From Myxococcota bacterium (GTDB taxonomy: Bacteria > Myxococcota_A > UBA9160 > UBA4427): a stretch of DNA of 46,384 bases. Below the pieces are notes generated by a model. It did not search any database, was not told the DNA's origin, and saw nothing but the letters and a program-made list of their open reading frames with translations. The stretch covers positions 1 to 46,384 of the forward strand of contig JBCCZJ010000001.1 of NCBI GenBank assembly GCA_039187915.1, given 5' to 3'. Both the position numbers and the translations under genes were made by a program. Each line of letters opens with the position of its first letter. Positions within the stretch are counted from its first letter, which is position 1. Of the stretch, positions 16,697 to 26,428 are shown one piece after another.

Positions 16697-18274
16697 ATGG
16701 CGACCGACGAAGAGGACATAGGTGACGACCGGCCGAGTCCGTCGGGATCGACCCCTGACGCGCACGCGACCGACTCAGTCGCGCAGCGTACGCGGCGCGC
16801 ACTTCCCTACTCCGCCGCTTCCGCCGCGCTGCGGCTCTTGCTTGCGCTCGCCGGAATGGTGCTCCTCGTCCGCTACCTCGAGCCCTCGGAGTACGGTGTC
16901 TGGGTGCTCCTCGTCGGACTCGCGGATCCAGTCAATCTCCTCACCGCCTTCGGCTATCGAAACGCCCTGCTCCGATTCCTACCCGCGATCGAGGACCGCG
17001 CGGAGAAGCGTGATCTCCTGTGGAGCGTGCTGGGACGACGCTTCGCGCTGACCTGCGCGATCTCGGCAGCGCTCGTGCTCGGCTTCGACGGGTTCGCGGC
17101 CCACCTGTCCCTCGCAGGCCATTACTTCGAGTTCACGATCGTCCAGATCGGAATGATCTGCGGCGTGACCTACCGCTACGCCGAGGCAGCGCTGCACGCG
17201 AGCTTCGAACAGCGCGGCGTGCTGATGCTCGACCTCGTCTACAACACGATGTTGGTCGGTGGCACGATCGTCGGCATCGCCCTCGAGACCGAGCTCGCCT
17301 TTTTCTGCGGCGTCTTCTCGACCGCGGCGGGACTCCGTCTGTCGACGGCAATCGCCCTATGCGTCCGCCTTGTCGGCCCCCCCCGGATTTTCGTCTGGAT
17401 GGGCCGGCACCGCGAATCGCGCGAGGACCGCCGATATCGCCGGATGGCCTATCTAACCGAACTCGGAACGGCGTTTCTCGGCACCGGCTTCGACAACTAC
17501 CTGCTCGCCGCGGTCTCGACAGCGCCCGAGATCGCGCTCTATGCCGTCGCTGCAAAGATCGCCAAGCAGCTCGAGGTCCTGCTACCGCAGCGCATGTTCC
17601 GACGCCTCTCCCAAACTGCTTTCTTCACGCGCTTCGACCAATCGGGCGACGAAGACGAAGCGAACGCCATGTTTCGCTTCTTGTTCACGACGAACGCGAT
17701 CGTCGGCGCCCTCTTCGCCGCGCTCTTCGTCGCACATGGTGCGTGGGCGCTCGCGCTCGTCTTTCCGGACGAGTACGCCGAGGCGTTCTGGGCAACGCTG
17801 CTCTTCCTTAGTTTCCTTACGCTCTCCACGATGCCGATGGGGGTCGTCGCCCAGGCCGCGCGACGGCCCGAGATCCTCGTCTACTCGCGGGTGACGGTGC
17901 TGCTGAACCTGGCGCTCGGCATCCCGATGGCCTCGCAGTTCGGCGCAACGGGCATGGCTGGCGCAACCGCGTTCTCGGTAGCTGCAAAAAGCCTGCTCGA
18001 GTACATCATGCTCCGCCGGCATCTTCCTGTTCGGCTACCGTGGGTAGCGGTGTCGAGATGCCTCGGCGCGGCCGGCCTCTCTGCAGGGGCGATGATCGCG
18101 AGCCGCGACTGGCTCCATCCCGTCGTCTCGGGCGCCGGCGGCGCGCTGATCTATCTGGCCGCGATTCGTGCACTCGGCGTTCTCGACGACCGGGAGCGGC
18201 GCATCGTCGCTAACCTTGCCCCGGCGCGCCTGGCCGCCCCCGTCCAACGAATTCTCGGCGTAACCGATGTCTAA
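16697..18274 (+). CDS. Oligosaccharide/polysaccharide flippase (MOP superfamily, Wzx-like)
   Basis: About 12-14 predicted TM helices, with the N-terminal pattern LLLALAGMVLLVRYLEPSEYGVWVLL typical of polysaccharide biosynthesis (Wzx) proteins. GGAGG lies 6 nt upstream of the ATG at 16697. The first 355 codons of the track ORF are antisense shadow of the GT gene. Confidence 0.75.
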   Translation: MATDEEDIGDDRPSPSGSTPDAHATDSVAQRTRRALPYSAASAALRLLLALAGMVLLVRYLEPSEYGVWVLLVGLADPVNLLTAFGYRNALLRFLPAIEDRAEKRDLLWSVLGRRFALTCAISAALVLGFDGFAAHLSLAGHYFEFTIVQIGMICGVTYRYAEAALHASFEQRGVLMLDLVYNTMLVGGTIVGIALETELAFFCGVFSTAAGLRLSTAIALCVRLVGPPRIFVWMGRHRESREDRRYRRMAYLTELGTAFLGTGFDNYLLAAVSTAPEIALYAVAAKIAKQLEVLLPQRMFRRLSQTAFFTRFDQSGDEDEANAMFRFLFTTNAIVGALFAALFVAHGAWALALVFPDEYAEAFWATLLFLSFLTLSTMPMGVVAQAARRPEILVYSRVTVLLNLALGIPMASQFGATGMAGATAFSVAAKSLLEYIMLRRHLPVRLPWVAVSRCLGAAGLSAGAMIASRDWLHPVVSGAGGALIYLAAIRALGVLDDRERRIVANLAPARLAAPVQRILGVTDV

Positions 18275-18366
18275 TCCCCTCGATTACTCGAACGCTTGGA
18301 GCGGGGCCTCAAGCGAACCCCGCAGGTGGCCGCAATGTTCTCAAGCGATGCATCACCGGACGGCGC

Positions 18367-19644
18367 ATGAACACCCATAGCCCGACGCTCCCGCAGGCCC
18401 CTGCCGTGGCAAGGCCGGGGCGCTTTCACATGTTCCTCGGCATGGTCTGGCTGTCGGTCTGGATGGGCAACTTCCTGCGACCCGTCTTCGAGCTGCTGCC
18501 GGTCAGCCCCTACTACATCATGACGGCGCTCTATGTGCCGTACTTCCTCTTTCTGCGACTAGGCGACGTGTTTCGCGTGGTCCTGCGGCCGATGTTCGCG
18601 ATCTGGTTCCTGACGGCGGCGATTCCGCTCCTCGTATACGTCGGCTACGGCGGAGGCGAACACGCCTACTTCGAGGTCCGCACGCGCATCACTTACTTCT
18701 CTGCCGTCGCAGGCTCGGCCGTTCTACTCGCGAGTCATGCGCCGAAGCGGACCCTGCAGCTCTCCGCGGCGTTCGTGCTCGTCGTTTCAGCGCTCGTGAA
18801 CCTCGGAGAAATGGTGCTCCCGTTCCAGCTGAGCGAAGCGCCGGGACGCGCGGCCGGTTTCCACCAGAACCCGAACGCCTCAGCGGGCGTGCTGATCGCT
18901 GCGCTGCTGGTGGCCCTCGATTTCCGCCGTCAGTCTTTCCGGGGCCTCGTACTGGCCACCATCGGAACCCTCGGCGTTCTCGTCACGTTCAGCCGCCACG
19001 GCTCCGCGTTCGTCGGCTTGATCTGGCTCTCGTACCTTCTCGGCGCACGCGGCCACGCAAGAGAAGCGCTCTCGATTCCGACCCGATTCTTCACGCTGCT
19101 CTCGGGAGTATTCGTCGCCATCATCGGCATCTGGGCCTTGCTCAACGTCTTCGACCTCCACTCGGAGGCGCTGCTCCGCGTGCAGAGCCTGATCGGACTC
19201 GACATCGCGGACTCCGCCGCCCAGGGCCGGCTCGAGAACGCCAACGTGGGACTGCAGCTCTTCCTCGAGAACATGTGGACCGGCTTAGGCATCGGCAGCC
19301 ACGACTACCTCGAGATCGAGACCCACAACACCTTCCTCAAGCTTGGGATCGACTACGGCGTCAGTGGGATGCTCGTGCTGCTCCTGATCCTGGCGGCAAC
19401 CTCGCTCAGCGCGCTCCGCTACGGCATCTGGCGCTCGAGCAGCGTCACGCTGCTCTCGGTCTTCTTCGTCTACGAGGCTCTGTTCTCCCAGACGCTCGAA
19501 CACAACCTCGCGTTCGCCTGTGTATTCGGGGCCCTTCTCTCGCGAGCACTCGTCGCAGAAGAAGACCCATACGACGAAGCGGCACCCGCGTCGCGACCGA
19601 ACGACGCCTTCGGCACTACGGACGACTGGAACCGGCTGCCGTGA
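18367..19644 (+). CDS. O-antigen polymerase / ligase family membrane protein (Wzy_C-type)
   Basis: Polytopic membrane protein with GFHQNPNASA, VTFSRHGS and a periplasmic-loop HNTFLKLGIDYG motif, characteristic of the O-antigen ligase/polymerase domain. Confidence 0.75.
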   Translation: MNTHSPTLPQAPAVARPGRFHMFLGMVWLSVWMGNFLRPVFELLPVSPYYIMTALYVPYFLFLRLGDVFRVVLRPMFAIWFLTAAIPLLVYVGYGGGEHAYFEVRTRITYFSAVAGSAVLLASHAPKRTLQLSAAFVLVVSALVNLGEMVLPFQLSEAPGRAAGFHQNPNASAGVLIAALLVALDFRRQSFRGLVLATIGTLGVLVTFSRHGSAFVGLIWLSYLLGARGHAREALSIPTRFFTLLSGVFVAIIGIWALLNVFDLHSEALLRVQSLIGLDIADSAAQGRLENANVGLQLFLENMWTGLGIGSHDYLEIETHNTFLKLGIDYGVSGMLVLLLILAATSLSALRYGIWRSSSVTLLSVFFVYEALFSQTLEHNLAFACVFGALLSRALVAEEDPYDEAAPASRPNDAFGTTDDWNRLP

Positions 19645-20384
19645 TGTATGTCGTCCTCGGGATGCACAAGTCCGGCACAACCTTGGTATCGCGGATGCTC
19701 CACGAGTCCGGGATCGAGATGATCCAACCGGGCCTCGACCGCAGTCAGACCGACTACGACGAGGGCGCCTATTTCGAACGGGAGCGGGTGATCGACCTCA
19801 ACCGCGATCTCCTCGGCTTCGGTCAGCCCGCGCATCGCTATCCGAAGCCGCGACGACTCGAAGCTTCAGAAGACCAGCGCACGGAGATGCGTCGGATCCT
19901 GGGAGACGCTGAGCCGGAAGAAGGAGTCGATTGGGGCATCAAGGAGCCGCGGCTCTGCTTGACCTACCCACTTTGGGAACCCGAGATGCCCGAGCACCGG
20001 GTGATCGCGGTCTATCGCGAACTACCCGAAGTCTGGAGTCACTACAAAACCAGGTACAGCCCACGCCGTGAGATCTGGTGGGCCGTGAGGGCCTGGTCGG
20101 ACTACAACGAGGGCGTCCTTTCGGTCCTCGACGAGGGTAAGCGCGACGCCATCGTCATTCAGTATGAACGCCTGATGACCGAGCAACGCGAGTTCGATCG
20201 GCTCGCCGAATTCATCGGCCGGCCGCTCAGCGACATGCGGAAGCCAGACAAATACCGGAGCCGATCTATGGGCGCGCGTGCTCTCGCAGCCGTCGAGCTG
20301 ACTCGCCGGGCCTGCGGCTTGTCCGCGCCCTCTCGCATCGCTGAACGGCTCCACGCACACCGCAGACGACAGTATTCGGCCTAG
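19644..20384 (+). CDS. Sulfotransferase family protein (PAPS-dependent type)
   Basis: 5'-PSB P-loop VVLGMHKSGTTLVSRML at the N-terminus and a 3'-PB-like VYRELPEVWS. The ATG at 19644 shares one nt with the Wzy stop (TGATG). Confidence 0.75.
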   Translation: MYVVLGMHKSGTTLVSRMLHESGIEMIQPGLDRSQTDYDEGAYFERERVIDLNRDLLGFGQPAHRYPKPRRLEASEDQRTEMRRILGDAEPEEGVDWGIKEPRLCLTYPLWEPEMPEHRVIAVYRELPEVWSHYKTRYSPRREIWWAVRAWSDYNEGVLSVLDEGKRDAIVIQYERLMTEQREFDRLAEFIGRPLSDMRKPDKYRSRSMGARALAAVELTRRACGLSAPSRIAERLHAHRRRQYSA

Positions 20385-22090
20385 CGAGCACGCCCGATCG
20401 CGCTGCAGCTGGGCACCGGACCCCGCGCTTCCCCCGCAGCATCGAGCGAACGGACCGCGCCTGCGGCTTCGTCGGCGAGGTAGTAGCGCCCAGATTGAGT
20501 CGCGCTCGCGCAGACTGCGCCGAACCCGGGGAGCTCGATGCTCACGTCGTCTCGATTTCCTTCCGGACTCTGCGCCAAGACGAGCCACTCGCGGTTCGGG
20601 GTTTCCCCGCGGACGTAGGCGATCGCCCAGACGGGCATCTCGCTGGTCGGCGTCCACTCACCATCCGGCCCGGGCCGAGTCTCCAGCGCGAACCACGGCG
20701 GGTTCGCCGCGATGGTTTCGGGGAGATCGAGTCGGTGCGGATGTGCGCGGGACGGGTTGGGAACCAGCCGCCCTCTCTCGTAGAAGCGACGAAGAATCGG
20801 CGACGCGTGCACCGCGTCGATCACGCGCTGTATGCCCGCAAGCTCCTCATAGAAGCCTTCCACGCGTCGATCGCCGTAGTTGAACAGTCGGACGACCTGC
20901 GGACGCGCGAGCCAGGTCCCGACTTTGACCAGCCCCACGTATCGATCGATCGTGTAGGGCCTCCCCTTCCGTTTCTCCGCGTCGCGGTACTCCGGATCCA
21001 CCCACGTCGAGAGCTCCCAGAAGAAGTCGGGATCGACTGCGCACGCGTCCGCCAGGTGTAGCGGTAGGTACATGCCCGCCGACTGCGGTCCGAAGACCGA
21101 ACGGTCCTCTTCGCCTCTCTGGTGCGTGATGTAGTAGCGCGGGGAAGCGCCGTCCCAGATCGTCGGAAAGATGCTCAGCCGACCCGGGATAGTGAGGCCG
21201 AAGAGCGGCTGGCCTCCGTGCATCCAGCTCGATCGGTTGGAGCGCTTCTTCGTCCGTCCCATGAAGGCGTTCGCACCGCCCCACGTTACGAAGCGCACGC
21301 GGGATCGCCAGGAGACCAGACCTTCGCGAATCCCTTCGATCATCGCGGTGTAGCGTTCGATGTAGCCGTCCCCGAACTCGCGTCGCGTCTGCTCGAACGC
21401 GGCCCTCCTCGAGCCGACCCGGGGACCGGGGATCTTCTCCGACTCGAACCAGCGCAAGCGATCGGACTCGTTGTTCGAAACGAAGTAGACGACGGGTGGA
21501 TCGGGGTATCTCCGTTGCATCTCGCGCAGGATTGGCGACCGCGCCCAGAGCCTACCGACGGCTCGCCACGACTCGACGTCACCGTACGGCGAGAGACGCG
21601 GCTTGCCCTTGGGCAGGTCCTCGCGAACCACTGTCGCACCAGATGAACCGGGTACGGGTGCAATCCCGTCGAAGCGGTAGAGAAGCTCTTCCCACTGCGT
21701 GAAGAGCATGGCGAACTCCCGCCCCTGCTCCGCCGCCGCGCCGAGTGCCGGCCCGTAGAACCGCTCCGCCCAGGAGTCCCAGACATCGTCGTGATACCGG
21801 AGCGGAAAGACCAGCTGCCATCGATGGCCTTCACGAATCCAGTCGAGCTGCCAGTTCGGGGTCGTCGTACCGGCGTTTCCGCGCCGACGACTCGTCCAGT
21901 GAGAGAGGAGCGGGAGCGGGCGTGGCGTCTCGCAGGCGGAGGGCCAGGTAGGAGCACGGGCGGGTAGTGGCGCAGCGGAGACCGACTCTACGCGAGTCGG
22001 AGAAGCAAACGAGACGTCGACGAATGGCTGCGCCGGCACGCTGCAAGCCAAGACGAGAAGGACGAGTCCGAGCCAATACCTCACCATCAT
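20381..22090 (-). CDS. Secreted or lipid-anchored protein of unknown function (569 aa)
   Basis: Signal peptide MMVRYWLGLVLLVLACSVPAQP (possible lipobox Cys). Consistent GC3 bias over 1.7 kb. I recognise no family motif. GAGGAG is directly upstream, so the start may be the GTG at 22084. It is the last gene of the minus-strand glycan operon. Confidence 0.7.
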   Translation of the reverse strand: MMVRYWLGLVLLVLACSVPAQPFVDVSFASPTRVESVSAAPLPARAPTWPSACETPRPLPLLSHWTSRRRGNAGTTTPNWQLDWIREGHRWQLVFPLRYHDDVWDSWAERFYGPALGAAAEQGREFAMLFTQWEELLYRFDGIAPVPGSSGATVVREDLPKGKPRLSPYGDVESWRAVGRLWARSPILREMQRRYPDPPVVYFVSNNESDRLRWFESEKIPGPRVGSRRAAFEQTRREFGDGYIERYTAMIEGIREGLVSWRSRVRFVTWGGANAFMGRTKKRSNRSSWMHGGQPLFGLTIPGRLSIFPTIWDGASPRYYITHQRGEEDRSVFGPQSAGMYLPLHLADACAVDPDFFWELSTWVDPEYRDAEKRKGRPYTIDRYVGLVKVGTWLARPQVVRLFNYGDRRVEGFYEELAGIQRVIDAVHASPILRRFYERGRLVPNPSRAHPHRLDLPETIAANPPWFALETRPGPDGEWTPTSEMPVWAIAYVRGETPNREWLVLAQSPEGNRDDVSIELPGFGAVCASATQSGRYYLADEAAGAVRSLDAAGEARGPVPSCSAIGRAR

Positions 22091-22108
22091 CTCCTCTTTC
22101 GCGCCCCC

Positions 22109-23098
22109 TCAGAGCCCACCGATCTCCGCCGACGGATCGCCGATCCAATAAGCATCGGTCGGCAGCACGCGACCCGCCCGGTAGACGTCCACCCCGAAAC
22201 GTTCGAGGACCGCCATTGCGCGGGCCTCTTCGCCGGCGTCGACCCGCCGCCGCCATCGGCCGACCAGCTCGCGCGCGCGCTTCTCCTCGTCGACGTTCCC
22301 GTGCAGGAGCTCGCTCGTCTCGGCGTCTGACTTCTTCACTGTATGAGACGGGACGTCGAGCCCATTGTAGAGACGCGCCGGATCAGCCAGCGCGAGATGC
22401 TCCACCAACCGATCGAGGATCGGGCGCGGATCCAGAACGAGCTGTTCGTATGTGACGAACAACCAGTCGGGCTCGCGAGCGCGGAGAGGGACGGCGTTCT
22501 GCAGCGTCCAGTCGAGCACGCCCCGATCGAGCGTTGTCCCTTCAGAGAGGATCCGCCGGGCGTAGACGCGCTCTCCCTCGTCGAAGAAGCCGGCGAAGTC
22601 GCTCTCGAGGAACGTCTCGAGCCGAGGCAGCACCTCGCGGGACAGGCTGACCGGAATCGGGTGACGGAGCAGCACGATCACGCGCCCGTTGACGGCATCC
22701 GCGATTCGCTGGATCCGTTCCTCCCCGCCGTGGAGGACCTTGAAGACCGTCCGTGTCGTGCGGAAGCGATGGGTGCGGTCGCGCGGGCTCGGATTGAGCG
22801 TCTTCAGCCGCCCCGACGCCAGGTCTGTGAAGTAGGCCTCGACGCGGGCGTCCGCTTCCCGCGAGTAGAGAGCGGGCCAGTCTCCGAGACCGATTCCGCG
22901 ACGCACATCCGGGTGGCGCAGGTTGAGCGGCTCATTGCAGTGCTTGAAGCCGGGCTGGCTCGTCACGAGCTCCATCAACCAGGTCGAACCACTTCGCGGG
23001 GTCGTAAAAATCAAGACATTCGGCGAACCGTCGGGTCGATGGCGGTTAGACCATCGCCGGGCCAGTCGCGCGGCGGTCTCGCGGATCGGATTCACCAT
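22109..23098 (-). CDS. Sulfotransferase family protein
   Basis: P-loop VLIFTTPRSGSTWLMELV and 3'-PB-like VLLRHPIPVSLS. The ATG at 23098 lies 1 nt after the upstream GT stop. The track ORF's 63-codon N-terminal extension overlaps the GT gene. Confidence 0.75.
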   Translation of the reverse strand: MVNPIRETAARLARRWSNRHRPDGSPNVLIFTTPRSGSTWLMELVTSQPGFKHCNEPLNLRHPDVRRGIGLGDWPALYSREADARVEAYFTDLASGRLKTLNPSPRDRTHRFRTTRTVFKVLHGGEERIQRIADAVNGRVIVLLRHPIPVSLSREVLPRLETFLESDFAGFFDEGERVYARRILSEGTTLDRGVLDWTLQNAVPLRAREPDWLFVTYEQLVLDPRPILDRLVEHLALADPARLYNGLDVPSHTVKKSDAETSELLHGNVDEEKRARELVGRWRRRVDAGEEARAMAVLERFGVDVYRAGRVLPTDAYWIGDPSAEIGGL

Positions 23099-23099
23099 C

Positions 23100-24248
23100 T
23101 CAATCCGCCTCCCCGAGGAGCGACGCATAGACCTCGAGGTAGCGCCGCGCGATGGCCGACCAGTCGTAATCGTCGGATCTCTGCCACGCGATCTCGGCAA
23201 GCTCGCTCCGGAGGTGCTCATTCGAGAGCAGGGCTCCGATCGCCTCGCCCATGGCGTCGAGATCGCGGACCGGCACAAGCAACCCACAGCCGTTGGCTCG
23301 GACGACGTCGGCGTTGCCGGGCACGTCGGTCACAACGAGTGGGAGGCCGCAGGCCATCGCTTCGATGCTGACCAGGCTGAGTCCTTCGACGATCGACGGG
23401 GAAAAAAAGAGGCAGGCGGAGTTGAAGCTCTCCGCGACTTCGTGTGAAGCGACCTCTTCCACGAGGTGGACACGCCCATCCAGACCGAGCTCCGAGACGA
23501 GCATCGCGTGCGAAGAGACCCCGCGTCCGATGATCGCGTAGTGGACGTCGTCGAATCGAGGGTCGCCCAAGAGCGGCGCGAAGGCATGGATCCCGTCGGC
23601 GTAGGCTTTCTTGATGTGGTCCCGGCCGACGGAGACGACGAATCGTGTATCGTGCGGAACACCGACCCGATCGTGCAGGAACGTCGAAGGATTCCGTGTG
23701 AAGCGCTGCCGATGGATGCCGTTCGGGACGATGTGCACGCGCTCGGGGGCCACGCAGTCGAGCTCTCCCCGGATCGACTCGGAGATCGCCGTGACCGCGT
23801 TCGCGCGCTGGAGGTGATCCTCGATGCGCGCGTTCCACTCGGGTTCGAGTCGCAGCCCGTACCCTATATCGGGGAAGCGCTGCACGTCCTTGCCATGCGG
23901 CGTCATCACGCTCGGGATACTGCGTCGCTCGAAGAACGAAAGGCCCCAGAATGGCGCGCGGGCCACGCCGTGGAAGTTCACGATGTCCACTGGATGTTCG
24001 CGCTGGAGCTTCGAAAGCGTGCGGGAAACCGAGAGTCGGAAGAGTCCGGACCGCATCGCGCCGCGGAATAGCAACCCGTATCGGATAAGGCGATAGCGAT
24101 GCTCGGGACCGCCCGGCGTCTTCGTCCGGTTCGCGAGAACCGTGACCTCGACGCCGGCGTCGACGAGCGCCTCGGCCAGGTAGTGAACGACGTATTCCAT
24201 CCCCCCGACATCGGGCAGGAATCGACCTGCGAAGAGCAGAACGTGCAC
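23100..24248 (-). CDS. Glycosyltransferase family 1
   Basis: VHVLLFAGRFLPDVGGMEYVVHYLAEAL N-terminus. GT1 C-terminal motif FFSPSIVEGLSLVSIEAMACGLPLVVTDVPG. GTG at 24248 with GGAGGAG 6 nt upstream. Confidence 0.85.
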   Translation of the reverse strand: MHVLLFAGRFLPDVGGMEYVVHYLAEALVDAGVEVTVLANRTKTPGGPEHRYRLIRYGLLFRGAMRSGLFRLSVSRTLSKLQREHPVDIVNFHGVARAPFWGLSFFERRSIPSVMTPHGKDVQRFPDIGYGLRLEPEWNARIEDHLQRANAVTAISESIRGELDCVAPERVHIVPNGIHRQRFTRNPSTFLHDRVGVPHDTRFVVSVGRDHIKKAYADGIHAFAPLLGDPRFDDVHYAIIGRGVSSHAMLVSELGLDGRVHLVEEVASHEVAESFNSACLFFSPSIVEGLSLVSIEAMACGLPLVVTDVPGNADVVRANGCGLLVPVRDLDAMGEAIGALLSNEHLRSELAEIAWQRSDDYDWSAIARRYLEVYASLLGEAD

Positions 24249-24343
24249 GTCAGGCTCCTCCAACGCCGCGAACCCGGCCGAGTTTCGCGGTCCCGATGCT
24301 GGTTCCGCCCCGCGAGCCGGTGACGTTCTTTGATTCGACCATA

Positions 24344-25498
24344 TCAGTTCGGCCTCAAACCCCGATACACCCGGCTCACCGAAGCGACGACAGACTCCTT
24401 CGAGAAGCGCGCGACGGCGAGCGCCCGAGCAGGATTCCGACTCTTCTCGCGGCGATCCGCGTCGCGCGACCACTTGGTCAAGGCCGCTGCCAGGGCCGTC
24501 GCATCGCCTGGCTCGACGAGACTACCGATGGCGTCCTCGACAAGATCTTCGCTACCGGAGACGCGCGTGCAAACGACCGGGAGCCCGCACCCGAGCGCCT
24601 CCATCAGACTGTTGGAGAGACCCTCTATCGAAGAACTCGAAACGTAGAGATCGGCTGCGTGGTACCAGCTCAGCGGATCTTCGCAGTTGCCTTCGAAGCG
24701 GACCGCGCCCGGCGGCAGTGTCTCCGCGGCGTGCGCTCGGGTCGAGGTCGCGAGGGGGCCATCGCCCAGCACTACGAGCAGGGCCTCCGGGTTCGACGCG
24801 ACCAGTGAGGCAAAAGCATCGACCAGGACGTTGGGCGACTTCTGCGCCGTGAGCCGGCCCACGAAGAGCAGCACCACCCGATCGTCGACGCCGAATTCGC
24901 TGCGCGCGGAGGCGCGTTCCGCTTCGGACGGCGGACGGAAACGGTCGCAGTCCAGCATGTTCGGAACCGCGTGGATCCTGTTTGCTGGGATTCCGAAGTC
25001 GCTCGCCTCGCGAGCCCCGCGCTGACTCGTCGCAAGGCAGCCGTCGACGCAGCGATGGAGCGCGATATGGAGCGCAGAGGGGAAAAGAGCTCGGACCGTC
25101 GCGGCCAGTCCGCGGTCGCCGGTGTTCGTCAGCTTCACGACGACGGGCCGCCGCAGCAGACGACCCATAAAGACGGCGACCGAACACGCGACGCCGTACT
25201 GATGCACGTGCCAGACGTCATAACGACGACCTCGAGCCGCGAGAAACCAGGCCAGCGAGAGGACCGACGTCAGCGTGTGGATCCCTGGCTTCGGCAGAAC
25301 GGGGATCCGACGGACCCCGACGCCTCCGATCGCCTCGCTTCGCGGCCACGCGCGATCGCGACGCTCTGTGACGACGTCGACCCGACATCCGCACTCGGCG
25401 AGGCCGACCGACAGTCGCTCGGCCGCCCGTTCGTAGCCGCCGACGATCGGTCTGAACTGGGGCGAGACCATCAACACGGCCGGATCAGCACCACTCAC
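24344..25498 (-). CDS. Glycosyltransferase family 1
   Basis: VLMVSPQFRPIVGGYERAAERL N-terminus. C-terminal YVSSSSIEGLSNSLMEALGCGLPVVCTRVSG. GTG at 25498 in a GTGA overlap with the upstream sulfotransferase stop. Confidence 0.85.
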   Translation of the reverse strand: MSGADPAVLMVSPQFRPIVGGYERAAERLSVGLAECGCRVDVVTERRDRAWPRSEAIGGVGVRRIPVLPKPGIHTLTSVLSLAWFLAARGRRYDVWHVHQYGVACSVAVFMGRLLRRPVVVKLTNTGDRGLAATVRALFPSALHIALHRCVDGCLATSQRGAREASDFGIPANRIHAVPNMLDCDRFRPPSEAERASARSEFGVDDRVVLLFVGRLTAQKSPNVLVDAFASLVASNPEALLVVLGDGPLATSTRAHAAETLPPGAVRFEGNCEDPLSWYHAADLYVSSSSIEGLSNSLMEALGCGLPVVCTRVSGSEDLVEDAIGSLVEPGDATALAAALTKWSRDADRREKSRNPARALAVARFSKESVVASVSRVYRGLRPN

Positions 25499-26424
25499 GG
25501 ATCCGACCCCGACTGCGCGGCGTCTCTCTGCTCCGACGCGTGGGGGTGGAGACGAAAGAACCAAGGCGGCAGCGGTGCTCGACCCTCGCGCCGACGCGCA
25601 CGGGAAACCACGGCTCGCAGGATCGAGATCGGCGTCGCGGCGAACAAGCCTTCGAGAAGCGAAAGCAAGCGTCGCTCCCATCCGGACAGGGCGTCATCGC
25701 GCGTCCGGTCGCCGGAGAAGCTCGTGTTCGCCGCGAAGTCGCTGCCCAGCAGACGCGAATCGAACGGTAACTCGAGGTGGTCCGAAATCCGTCGCATTGT
25801 CGCTTCGAGATCGGATCTCATCTCGGCGTAGGTCAGGCACACGATCCGATCGCTCCCCTGGGCGTATCCGTCGACGAGCCGGTTGAAGTAGCTCCACCGC
25901 AACGCGACCGAAAAGATGTGCTTGAGTCTCGAAGTCGCGCCCGTCAGAGACGAATGTCGCTCCATTCCGAGACTCGACCCCACCACCGACTCGAGCGCTC
26001 GTTTCACCGAGACGAAGCGCGCATCGGGGTAGCGCCGAGCGATCTCGTCGACGAACTCCGTGTGGGCCGGCGTCTTCTCGATCCAGTAGCGAGCCCCTGC
26101 TCGACGAGCGACTTCTTCCATGATCCGACGGAAGAGTTGGTCGTAGTCGATCGGCCACTCGGCGTAGAGGAAGGCGCGGTCGATCTCGGCGATCCGGCAG
26201 TAGTCGCTCTCGGCGAGGACTTCGACCAGCTCGATGAAGTTCGACCGTGTCCGCAGATCTCCGTAGCGACCGTCCAACGAGCTGAACCAGGCGCTCTCGT
26301 GGATACCGTGGTGTCGTTCGTGCTGGACACCGGCGATCTCCGGATGCCGGCAGAGCTGGTTCGCCAGCCACGTAGTGCCCGAGCGGTGATTGCCCAGCAC
26401 GAAGAGCGGTCGCGAAGAGCCCAT
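25495..26424 (-). CDS. Sulfotransferase family protein
   Basis: P-loop LFVLGNHRSGTTWLANQL and WIEKTPAHT. The 3'-PB-like block is RFVSVKRALESVVGSS. Confidence 0.8.
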   Translation of the reverse strand: MGSSRPLFVLGNHRSGTTWLANQLCRHPEIAGVQHERHHGIHESAWFSSLDGRYGDLRTRSNFIELVEVLAESDYCRIAEIDRAFLYAEWPIDYDQLFRRIMEEVARRAGARYWIEKTPAHTEFVDEIARRYPDARFVSVKRALESVVGSSLGMERHSSLTGATSRLKHIFSVALRWSYFNRLVDGYAQGSDRIVCLTYAEMRSDLEATMRRISDHLELPFDSRLLGSDFAANTSFSGDRTRDDALSGWERRLLSLLEGLFAATPISILRAVVSRARRREGRAPLPPWFFRLHPHASEQRDAAQSGSDP

Positions 26425-26428
26425 CTGC

